DNA from: Clostridia bacterium
GTDB lineage: Bacteria > Bacillota > Clostridia > Oscillospirales > QAKW01
Assembly (NCBI GenBank): GCA_017436525.1
Contig: JAFSCX010000004.1
Coordinates: forward strand, 4,788 to 68,787
DNA: 64,000 nucleotides
Reading direction: 5' to 3'
Every line of letters starts with the position of its first letter. Position 1 is the stretch's first letter. The notes below the pieces were generated by a model. It searched no databases. It saw only the letters and a list, made by a program, of their open reading frames with translations, and was not told the origin of the DNA. This document shows positions 37,509 to 48,555 of the stretch, one piece after another. The translations under genes and the position numbers were made by a program.

Positions 37509-37928
37509 ATGACCATTCAATTGTCTGTTACAATATGGACCATCATCTGCTTTTGCTTGCTGATGGTGATCCTTCATCACCTGCTCTTTAAGCCGGTCCT
37601 TCAGCTGATGGATCGCCGCAAAGAGAAGATTGCGGCGGCCGCCGCCAAAAAAGAAGAATATGAGCGGCTTGCTGCAGAGCATGAGGCAAAGCTGATGGAG
37701 CAGCGCCAAGCCGCTCATGAAAAGCGCCAAAAGCAGATGAAGGATGCCCTTGAAAAGATTCGTATCGAAAGCAAGCTTGCGATTGATGGTGCAAAAAAAG
37801 AGCGAATCCGTGAGCTGGATTATAGCCATGCCAAGGCCGATGCGGAGCGAAAAGAGATCCTGCAGGTTCTCAGCGCCCATGGGCCTGCTCTTGCGCGCTC
37901 TTTTGCCGAGTGTTTGACAAAGGACTGA
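37509..37928 (+). CDS. atpF: F0F1 ATP synthase subunit b
   Basis: Single N-terminal TM helix, LFKPVLQLMDRRKEKI, and a long charged helix. Confidence 0.85.
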   Translation: MTIQLSVTIWTIICFCLLMVILHHLLFKPVLQLMDRRKEKIAAAAAKKEEYERLAAEHEAKLMEQRQAAHEKRQKQMKDALEKIRIESKLAIDGAKKERIRELDYSHAKADAERKEILQVLSAHGPALARSFAECLTKD

Positions 37929-37932
37929 TAAT

Positions 37933-40143
37933 ATGGAAATTCAATATGTAATTATCAATTTTCTGATCCTTGCAGGGATCATCATATTGTTTTGCCGCAA
38001 GACCATCATCGGTCTTTTCTCTACCCGCCGCCAGAAGATTTTGAGAGAGCTGGATGAGGCAGAAGCGCAGGAAAAGGCAGAGCTGCCCGAATTGCCTGCT
38101 TCGGAGCCTTTGGAGGCCTCTCTTCCCGAATCCCAAAAGGTGGCGGAAGAGCGCCTTGCTGCGGAGAAAAAGCTTGCGCGGATGAAGGCCTTTGGAAAGC
38201 GGGAATGTGATGAGATTCATCGCATTATGATCGATAAGGTAAAAAAAGAATTTTTCAAAGTGCTGGAAAAGAATGTGGAAGAGGTTTTCTCCAAGGAGCC
38301 CTATCTTTCTAAAATGAGAGAAAAAGAAGGAGCGATCGTAGAGAAGATCTTGGGGATGATTAAGCTTACTCCCGGAGATATGGCATATCTAAAGCGCCAT
38401 GATGTGCTTTATGTTACGATGATCTCTGCCCATCCCCTTGATGAGGCTTTGGTGAAGCGGGTGGACGAGGCTACTACAGCCCTTCTGGAAACGGTGGGTG
38501 GAAAAACCTCCCTTTGGGTATTGCAGGAGCCGAGCTTTATCGGCGGTCTTCGTCTGCGTATCGGGGATACGGTCTACGACGGGACCGTGTCCGAAGAATT
38601 GTATCAATTTGAAAGCGGCATTAAAAAGGAGCCCATTTCCTCCGAAGAAGCCGCGAAAGAGGTCTTGGCGGAGTTTTCCCAAAAGGCTTGCTCTGTTGTG
38701 CCGAAGATTCATGTTTATCAGCTGGGCCGTGTATTGCAGGTATCCGATGGAATCTGCTGGATGGACGGTTTGGCAGATATCATGTACGGTGAGGTTGTGG
38801 AATTTGAATGCGGTGAGCGGGGGATGGTGCTGGATATTCAGCCCGACCGAATCGGCTGCGTCATCTTTGGTGAATATGAAAATATTGAAAGCGGCAGCAA
38901 GGTGCGCCGCGTGGGCAGAATCGCAGCGGTGCCGGTAGGTGAGAGCTTATTGGGCCGCGTGGTGGATGCAGTGGGCAATCCTGTGGACGGAATGGGGCAT
39001 CTTTCCTATTCCGAGACCCGCCCCATAGAGCATCCGGCCCCCGGTATTCCCGATCGTGCCCCCGTCGGCAGGCCGCTTCATACCGGTATTAAAGCTATTG
39101 ATGCTTTGGTTCCCATCGGCCGCGGCCAAAGAGAGCTGATTATCGGCGATCGGCAGACCGGCAAGAGCGCCATTGCCTTGGATGCTATCATCAATCAAAA
39201 AGGAAAAGATACCATCTGTATCTATGTGGCTATCGGCCAAAAGGAGACCTTTGTTGCCGAGATCAAGGAACGCTTGGAGCAGCAAGGCGCCATGGATTAT
39301 ACCATTATCGTGGCGGCGAATGCCTCGGGATCTGCTGCAACGCAGTATATCGCGCCCTTCTCCGGCACAGCCATGGCAGAATACTTTATGTATTCGGGAA
39401 AGGATGTATTGATCATTTATGACGATCTTTCCAAGCATGCAGTGGCTTATCGCGAGCTTTCCCTTCTGCTTCACCGCCCCTCCGGCCGTGAGGCTTATCC
39501 CGGCGATATCTTCTACCTTCATTCCAGATTGCTGGAGCGCTCGGCGCAGCTTTCTGAAAAATTCGGCGGCGGCTCCATTACTGCTTTGCCGATTATTGAG
39601 ACCTTGGCAGGGGATATCTCGGCTTATATTCCTACCAATGTGATCTCTATTACCGATGGTCAGATCTTCTTGGAAAGTGAACTTTTCCATGAAGGGCAAC
39701 GGCCGGCGATCAATGTGGGCCTTTCTGTCTCTCGCGTGGGCGGTGCTGCCCAGACCAAACTGATGAAGCAGATGGCCTCCTCCCTTAGAACCAAGCTGGC
39801 CCAATATCGAGAACTTGCGGATTTCACCCAGCTTGGCACTGATGTGGATGAGGATACCAAAAAGACCTTGAATGCAGGCGCGCATCTGATGGAAGCGCTG
39901 AAGCAAGGCCGATATCAGCCCTTGGAGGATTGGATGCAGGCCTTGCTGCTCTTTGCAGTATCGGAAGGCTATGCGGATGATCTTTCCTTGGAAGAAACGG
40001 CGGCCTTTGAGCAAGGGCTGATTGCCTATTTCGGCAAAGCCTGCGTCTCTATTGTGGAGCGCTTGAAAACCGGTGCGAAGGCAGATCAAGCCTTGCTGGA
40101 GGAGATTCGCGCGGCCATGGCCTCCTTTTCAAAGAGGGCATAA
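37933..40143 (+). CDS. atpA: ATP synthase fusion protein: b-like anchor + delta(OSCP)-like segment + complete alpha subunit
   Basis: Uninterrupted 736-aa ORF. Residues 1 to about 85 give a TM helix (VIINFLILAGIIILF) plus a charged helix. Residues about 140-225 are a delta C-terminal-like signature (HPLDEALVKRV...SFIGGLRLRIGDTVYDGTVSEEL). Residues about 235-736 are alpha (VSDGICWMDGL, Walker A GDRQTGKSAIA, PSGREAYPGDIFYLHSRLLER). There is no separate atpH in the operon. Confidence 0.85.
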   Translation: MEIQYVIINFLILAGIIILFCRKTIIGLFSTRRQKILRELDEAEAQEKAELPELPASEPLEASLPESQKVAEERLAAEKKLARMKAFGKRECDEIHRIMIDKVKKEFFKVLEKNVEEVFSKEPYLSKMREKEGAIVEKILGMIKLTPGDMAYLKRHDVLYVTMISAHPLDEALVKRVDEATTALLETVGGKTSLWVLQEPSFIGGLRLRIGDTVYDGTVSEELYQFESGIKKEPISSEEAAKEVLAEFSQKACSVVPKIHVYQLGRVLQVSDGICWMDGLADIMYGEVVEFECGERGMVLDIQPDRIGCVIFGEYENIESGSKVRRVGRIAAVPVGESLLGRVVDAVGNPVDGMGHLSYSETRPIEHPAPGIPDRAPVGRPLHTGIKAIDALVPIGRGQRELIIGDRQTGKSAIALDAIINQKGKDTICIYVAIGQKETFVAEIKERLEQQGAMDYTIIVAANASGSAATQYIAPFSGTAMAEYFMYSGKDVLIIYDDLSKHAVAYRELSLLLHRPSGREAYPGDIFYLHSRLLERSAQLSEKFGGGSITALPIIETLAGDISAYIPTNVISITDGQIFLESELFHEGQRPAINVGLSVSRVGGAAQTKLMKQMASSLRTKLAQYRELADFTQLGTDVDEDTKKTLNAGAHLMEALKQGRYQPLEDWMQALLLFAVSEGYADDLSLEETAAFEQGLIAYFGKACVSIVERLKTGAKADQALLEEIRAAMASFSKRA

Positions 40144-40146
40144 ACC

Positions 40147-40968
40147 ATGGCAGCTATTCAAAGTTTGAAAAAGCAGCTTCGAGGCATTCGTTCCACCCAA
40201 AAGCTGGCTAAAGCAATGAAAACCATCTCCACCGTTAAATTTTCTAAATTAAACGGTGTATATAGCGGCTATTCCGCCTATGGAAAGCAATGCGAGCAGA
40301 TGTATCGGCAGTTTGGTGATGCCTTTTTAGAGATTGTAGGCGAAGGGCAGCCGGATGCGCCGGTCGCGCTGGTGGTTATAGCAGGGAATAAAGGTCTCTG
40401 CGGCAGTTTTAATTCGGAAGTGCTGCAGTACGCGAAAAGCCAAGCGGAATTGCTTGGCGCTTATCGGCTGATCCCTTGCGGCAAAAAGGCAATTCAATAT
40501 TTCAAAACCAAAAAAATGCCTGCTGAAAAAGAAGTGGTCTTTGGTGATGTGCCTTCTATTGAGGAGACATCGCGGCTTCTGGATGAGCTTCTCTTATGGC
40601 GAAAAGAAGGCAGAATCGGCAAGATCATGGTGGTCTATCCCCAATATCGGAATATGATGCTCCAGCAGCCGGTGATACGGGAATTTTTCGGCAAAGGCGG
40701 GCATGAGGCTTCCAATAGCCTATTTGTACCGGATCAGGCGACCCTTGCGGAGCAGATCGCCCGCAATGTTTTTCATGGGATGTTTTATGAGCTGGTATTG
40801 GAATCAGCCTTGGGAGCGCAGGCGGCTACCTTGATGACCATGCGCGCCGCTTTTGATACAGCCACCGACTATTGCACCCGCTTGGAAGGGCAGATCAATC
40901 GTCAGCGGCAGAGCGCAGTAACTGCCGATGTCATCGAGACCTCCTCCGAACGGGAGGAATCGTTCTAA
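40147..40968 (+). CDS. atpG: F0F1 ATP synthase subunit gamma
   Basis: N-terminus LKKQLRGIRSTQKLAKAMKTISTVKF and a C-terminal helix ...INRQRQSAVTADVIE. Confidence 0.9.
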   Translation: MAAIQSLKKQLRGIRSTQKLAKAMKTISTVKFSKLNGVYSGYSAYGKQCEQMYRQFGDAFLEIVGEGQPDAPVALVVIAGNKGLCGSFNSEVLQYAKSQAELLGAYRLIPCGKKAIQYFKTKKMPAEKEVVFGDVPSIEETSRLLDELLLWRKEGRIGKIMVVYPQYRNMMLQQPVIREFFGKGGHEASNSLFVPDQATLAEQIARNVFHGMFYELVLESALGAQAATLMTMRAAFDTATDYCTRLEGQINRQRQSAVTADVIETSSEREESF

Positions 40969-41042
40969 AGTGTAATTTTACACCGCGTTTTCGGTGCGAT
41001 TTTTGAAAAAATGCGTTTCATCAGACGCAGAAAATTAAGTGA

Positions 41043-42446
<1,404 letters not shown>

Positions 42447-42452
42447 GATGGT

Positions 42453-42737
42453 ATGAAACTTTCATTAAAGGTTATTACGCCCCAAGGCGTCCTTGGCCCC
42501 TTTGAATGTGATTCGGTGCATCTTACGATCTCGGATGATCTGAGCGGAAAAGGCGGCGGAAGCTATGGCATCCGCCCGGGGCATACTAAGGCGTTGCTCT
42601 CCCTTCAGGAAGGGCCGCTGGATGCTGATCTTGAGGAGCAATGCGTATTTTTTGCAAAGGCAGGGAGCGGCTTTGCTTCCATTGAGCAAAATATAGTAAC
42701 GGTTGTGGTAGAAACCTGCCAAATTGAATCAAAATAA
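42453..42737 (+). CDS. atpC: F0F1 ATP synthase subunit epsilon, short form (beta-sandwich only)
   Basis: 94 aa. The position and N-terminal pattern (KLSLKVITPQG...HLTISD...GIRPGHTKALLSL) fit the epsilon N-terminal domain. I see no C-terminal helical hairpin. Confidence 0.75.
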   Translation: MKLSLKVITPQGVLGPFECDSVHLTISDDLSGKGGGSYGIRPGHTKALLSLQEGPLDADLEEQCVFFAKAGSGFASIEQNIVTVVVETCQIESK

Positions 42738-42761
42738 AAAAGACCCAACGGGTCTTTTTTA
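42736..42761. terminator. Terminator after the atp operon (overlaps the stop of the convergent gene)
   Basis: AGACCC-AAC-GGGTCT followed by TTTTTT and preceded by an A-run. Confidence 0.75.
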
Positions 42762-43964
42762 TTTTGATTGATCATTGATAATCGGGCGATCCTCGGGGGA
42801 AGCGTAATCGGCGGTATTGGTGGATTTTCCTTGCCGATGAAGGCCGTTATTCAGCGCAGCGCTGATGAAATAATAAATGACGGCAAAGAAGGGGACGCCG
42901 ATGACCATGCCGAGGAAACCAAAGATTCCGCCGAATAAAAAGATGGCAAACATAATCCATAGGGCGGAAAGATTCATCTGCTTTCCTTGGATGCGGGGGT
43001 TGAGGATATTGCCGTCCAGCAGCTGCAGGATCACCGTATAAAGGATATACCAAAGCAGGTAAGAGGGCTTTACAATCAGGATGATCAGCCCCGGCGGGAC
43101 AGCGCCGATCCAAGGCCCGAAATAGGGAATGGTATTGAAAATACCGATAATAAGCGCATTTAATAAGGCGTAGGGGAAGCCGAAGATGGTCATAAAGAGA
43201 TAGGTTACAATCGCCACAATCAAAGAATCCAGCAGCTGAGCAGTGATAAAATGCAGGGTCTTTTCATGGGTGATGGATCCCACCAGCAATACTCTTTGGA
43301 TTCGCTCCTCTGTCTTAAAGAAAAAGCTGATAATCATCTTGCATTTTGCAATCAGCTTTTCCTTTCCTGCCAAAAAGTAGATGGAGATAATCAAGCCGAT
43401 AAAGAAATTCATCAGCCCGCTGCCGATTTTGATGGTGGTATTGGCAAGGGCAGGGAGCAGGCTGCCTAAATACCCCGAAAGAGAGGCAACCGCTTGCTTG
43501 ATCAGCTCGCCGATCTGCAGGGAATATTGCTGATAGAATTCATTGACGCTCGGATGAGCCTCAATAAAGCGGATGGCTTTAGCGGAAAAGGCGTTATAGT
43601 AATCCGGAATTCCGTTTACCAAGCTTGTAATATTGGAAAGGAGCTGAGGCAGCAGGTAGGATAGCATCCCGCCCAGGAGAAGCAGCACTGCCAAATAAGC
43701 CACCAGCAGAGAATAGGTGCGCTTCTTTCCGGCATTTTTAACCTTCTTAAATACCTTATTTTCCAGCAGATTGATAAATGGATTGATCAGATAAGCAATC
43801 ACAAATCCCACATAGAAGGGGATAAACAAAGAAAGTAATTTTCGGAATCCGCTCCATACTGTATTGAAATTGAGCAGAAACATAATGAAAAGTGCCGCCG
43901 CTGCCAGCACCAAAAAATAGCAGATGCCGCGGTCTTTTAATTCCTTGGACGGTTTGTATTTCAT
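42759..43964 (-). CDS. AI-2E family transporter (PerM/YhhT-like)
   Basis: Polytopic protein of about 400 aa with the typical ...FNTIPYFGPWIGAVPP... segment. ATG 43964 was chosen (AGGTGA RBS). Confidence 0.8.
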   Translation of the reverse strand: MKYKPSKELKDRGICYFLVLAAAALFIMFLLNFNTVWSGFRKLLSLFIPFYVGFVIAYLINPFINLLENKVFKKVKNAGKKRTYSLLVAYLAVLLLLGGMLSYLLPQLLSNITSLVNGIPDYYNAFSAKAIRFIEAHPSVNEFYQQYSLQIGELIKQAVASLSGYLGSLLPALANTTIKIGSGLMNFFIGLIISIYFLAGKEKLIAKCKMIISFFFKTEERIQRVLLVGSITHEKTLHFITAQLLDSLIVAIVTYLFMTIFGFPYALLNALIIGIFNTIPYFGPWIGAVPPGLIILIVKPSYLLWYILYTVILQLLDGNILNPRIQGKQMNLSALWIMFAIFLFGGIFGFLGMVIGVPFFAVIYYFISAALNNGLHRQGKSTNTADYASPEDRPIINDQSK

Positions 43965-44082
43965 GGTTTTTTCACCTCGCCTCATTATTATACACGATAT
44001 TTTTTGTTTTTACAATACAACCTTGCGCGTAAAATGATTTTATGTTAGAATAATAATCATCATCATTGAAAGGAAGCGAATC

Positions 44083-44586
44083 ATGATTTTATTACCCGAC
44101 CATCTTCTCCCCGATATTCTTCATCTGACCGATGAATTTTTAGATCGGCAGAAAATTCAAGGGATTATCTTTGATATTGATAATACTTTGGTAGGCTATC
44201 ATACCCCTGAGCCTACTGATGAAGTGAAAAAGCTCCTTGCCCACCTGCGGGATCGGGGCGTAAAGCTTGCGATTGCTTCCAATAATAAAAAGAGCCGCGT
44301 GCGGCGTTTTGCGGCGGATCTTGGGATGGCGGCCTATCATCGCAGCGCAAAGCCTCTTCCCATTGTCCTGCATCGTATTTGCAAGGATTTTGCGCTGCCC
44401 CAAGAAAATATCGCTTTGGTGGGGGATCAGATCTTTACCGATGTATGGGGCGGAAATTGGGCCGGTTTGCAGACGATATTGGTGGAGCCGGTGGATGTGC
44501 TGGAGAATAACCTTTTCTTTCGGATCAAGCGGGCGCTGGAAGGCCCGATCATCGCTCGTAAAAAGAGGGAGGAAAATCATGATTAA
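44083..44586 (+). CDS. YqeG-family HAD-IIIA phosphatase
   Basis: GIIFDIDNTLV (motif I), IASNN (motif II), VGDQIFTDVWGGN (motif IV). Size of 167 aa fits the family. Confidence 0.8.
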   Translation: MILLPDHLLPDILHLTDEFLDRQKIQGIIFDIDNTLVGYHTPEPTDEVKKLLAHLRDRGVKLAIASNNKKSRVRRFAADLGMAAYHRSAKPLPIVLHRICKDFALPQENIALVGDQIFTDVWGGNWAGLQTILVEPVDVLENNLFFRIKRALEGPIIARKKREENHD

Positions 44587-45430
44587 ATTCGGACCGGGCG
44601 GAAATTGCGAATGGTTTAAGGCGGAGGGCAATAAATCTTCCGATCAAATGCCCGCCTTTTTGGATAAGATCGGCCTTGATGCCTATGAGGTGGAATGCGG
44701 CCGCGGAGTAAGGATGAACCCTCAATCGGCCGATCGCCTGCGGGCAGAAGCGGAAAAATACGGCACGCTTCTCTCGGTCCATGCGCCTTATTATATTTCG
44801 ATGTCTTCCTTAGAAGAGGAAAAGCGAAAGGGGAGCGTGCGGTATCTTTTGGAGACGGCCGCCCTTGCCAAGCGTATCGGAGCAACGCGCATCATCTTTC
44901 ATTCCGGCTCCTGCGCCAAGCTTTCTCGGGAGGAGGCGGTCCGTCTGGCGCTTGATACGTTGCGGATGGCCATCGATGCTTATAAAGCCGAAGGATATGA
45001 GGATTTGATTTTATGCCCCGAGACGATGGGGAAGATCAATCAGCTGGGCTCCTTGGAGGAGGTTATGGCACTCTGCTCTTTGGATGATCGGCTGCTTCCC
45101 ACCATCGATTTTGGCCACCTCAACGCAAGGGAGCAGGGGAGATTCTTTTCTGCTGCCGATTATGAGCAGGTTCTCGATGTGATGCAAGATGGCTTGGGCG
45201 AATGGCGGAGCAAAAATTTCCATGCTCATTTTTCCAAGATTGAATATACCCAAGGGGGCGAAAAGCGGCATCTGACCTTTGAGGATCAGATCTATGGTCC
45301 TGAATTTTCTCCGTTGGCTGAGGTTTTGGTCAAGCGAGAGGCTTCGCCCATTATTATCTGTGAATCGGCGGGGAGCCAGAGTAAGGATGCCTTGGAAATG
45401 AAAAAGATTGCACTTTCAATGAAAAAATAG
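44579..45430 (+). CDS. Xylose-isomerase-like TIM-barrel protein (AP endonuclease family 2/Nfo-like)
   Basis: MIKFGPGGN..., SVHAPYYISM, IIFHSG, CPETMG, IDFGHLNA motifs resemble the AP_endonuc_2 fold. Internal ATG 44579 (ATGATTAA overlap with yqeG). The longer track ORF overlaps yqeG out of frame. Confidence 0.6.
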   Translation: MIKFGPGGNCEWFKAEGNKSSDQMPAFLDKIGLDAYEVECGRGVRMNPQSADRLRAEAEKYGTLLSVHAPYYISMSSLEEEKRKGSVRYLLETAALAKRIGATRIIFHSGSCAKLSREEAVRLALDTLRMAIDAYKAEGYEDLILCPETMGKINQLGSLEEVMALCSLDDRLLPTIDFGHLNAREQGRFFSAADYEQVLDVMQDGLGEWRSKNFHAHFSKIEYTQGGEKRHLTFEDQIYGPEFSPLAEVLVKREASPIIICESAGSQSKDALEMKKIALSMKK

Positions 45431-45525
45431 CGGGATTTCGCAAAAATAGGAATATTTTACTTGAAAAATCAAGAGGAATCATGTAAAATAAACTTTAGTA
45501 TAAAAAAGAAAGGAAATTAGGAACT

Positions 45526-46089
45526 ATGTTAACTGCAGGCGATTTCAGAAACGGCGTTACCTTTGATATGGACGGTCAGGTTTTTCAGGTCGTTGAATTT
45601 CAGCATGTAAAGCCCGGTAAAGGTGCTGCATTTGTCCGCACCAAATTCAAGAATGTCATCACCGGTGCTGTGGTGGAGAAGTCCTTCAACCCCACCGATA
45701 AGTTTGAGGAAGCTACCATCGATCGTAAGGATTATCAGTATCTTTATCAGGATGGCGATCTCTATTATTTCATGGATATGGAGACCTATGATCAGTTGCC
45801 TTTGGGCGCAGATAAGCTGGGCGAGGCTTTCAAATTTGTGAAAGAGAATGATACGGTAAAGATCATGTCTTATAAAGGCAACGTATTCGGCGTAGAATGC
45901 CCCTTCTTTGTAAAGCTCTATGTTACTGAGACGGAGCCCGGCGTTCGCGGCGATACCGCCACCAATGTTACCAAGCCCGCCACTTTGGAGACCGGCGCTG
46001 TAGTAAAGGTGCCCATCTTCATCAATGAAGGCGAGCTGATCGAGATCGATACCCGCACCGGCGAGTATATGGGTCGTGCAAAAGAGTAA
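45526..46089 (+). CDS. efp: Elongation factor P
   Basis: 187 aa with [22 protein letters not shown] containing the conserved modified-loop Lys. Confidence 0.97.
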   Translation: MLTAGDFRNGVTFDMDGQVFQVVEFQHVKPGKGAAFVRTKFKNVITGAVVEKSFNPTDKFEEATIDRKDYQYLYQDGDLYYFMDMETYDQLPLGADKLGEAFKFVKENDTVKIMSYKGNVFGVECPFFVKLYVTETEPGVRGDTATNVTKPATLETGAVVKVPIFINEGELIEIDTRTGEYMGRAKE

Positions 46090-46100
46090 GGAGAAAAGCC

Positions 46101-46523
46101 ATGTTAGAGAAGGTTGCTTATATTAAAGGCCTGATGCAGGGCATGAAGCTCAGCGAGAATGATCCTTATAAGGAGCTCTTTGAGAATATTGTCGATGTAT
46201 TGGATGATCTGGCTGCTTCCGTAGCAGATCTGGAGGATAATATCAACGATCTGGATGATTATATCACCGAGATCGATGAGGATCTGGAAGCAGTAGAGGA
46301 TTTCCTCGATGAAGAGTATGATGAGGAGTGCGATGAGGATGATTATTATACCATCGTATGCCCCACCTGCGGCGAGGAATTTTCTGTAGACGATGAGGTT
46401 GCAGAGCTTGGCAAGATCAATTGCCCCAATTGCGGCGAGGATCTTGAATTTGATCTCAACGACCTTGAATGTGAGTGCGGCTGCGATTGCGAGGAATGTG
46501 ATTCCGAGGAGTGCGGCGAGTAA
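46101..46523 (+). CDS. Highly acidic protein with a C-terminal zinc ribbon and Cys-rich tail
   Basis: 140 aa. Long Asp/Glu-rich helix. CPTCG...17 residues...CPNCG zinc-ribbon pair, then CECGCDCEECDSEECGE. Confidence 0.6.
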   Translation: MLEKVAYIKGLMQGMKLSENDPYKELFENIVDVLDDLAASVADLEDNINDLDDYITEIDEDLEAVEDFLDEEYDEECDEDDYYTIVCPTCGEEFSVDDEVAELGKINCPNCGEDLEFDLNDLECECGCDCEECDSEECGE

Positions 46524-46530
46524 AATGCAT

Positions 46531-46576
46531 GAAAGAGGCTCTATCTGTTTGATTCAGATAGAGCCTTTCTTTTTAT
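46531..46576 (+). terminator. Rho-independent terminator
   Basis: 16-bp stem AAAGAGGCTCTATCTG / CAGATAGAGCCTTTCT followed by TTTTT. Confidence 0.85.
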
Positions 46577-46707
46577 TCACATATCTACGAATAGTAGAAA
46601 ATATGATAATATTTATGATTATCTCTACTATAATCATTAACAAACCGTAGGTTTACAAGAAGGTAACGTTCAGTTATAATTAAATTAGAAAATTCGGAGG
46701 TGAGTGA

Positions 46708-48455
<1,748 letters not shown>

Positions 48456-48458
48456 GTT

Positions 48459-48496
48459 AAACCGCCCGATTTTCCTTAAAATCGGGCGGTTTTTAT
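48459..48496 (+). terminator. Rho-independent terminator
   Basis: AACCGCCCGATTTT / AAAATCGGGCGGTT stem followed by TTTTT. Confidence 0.85.
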
Positions 48497-48555
48497 TTGA
48501 CTTGTTTCTTTAATTGCAGTATAATAAATAAGATATTAAATGAATGAGGAAAACC

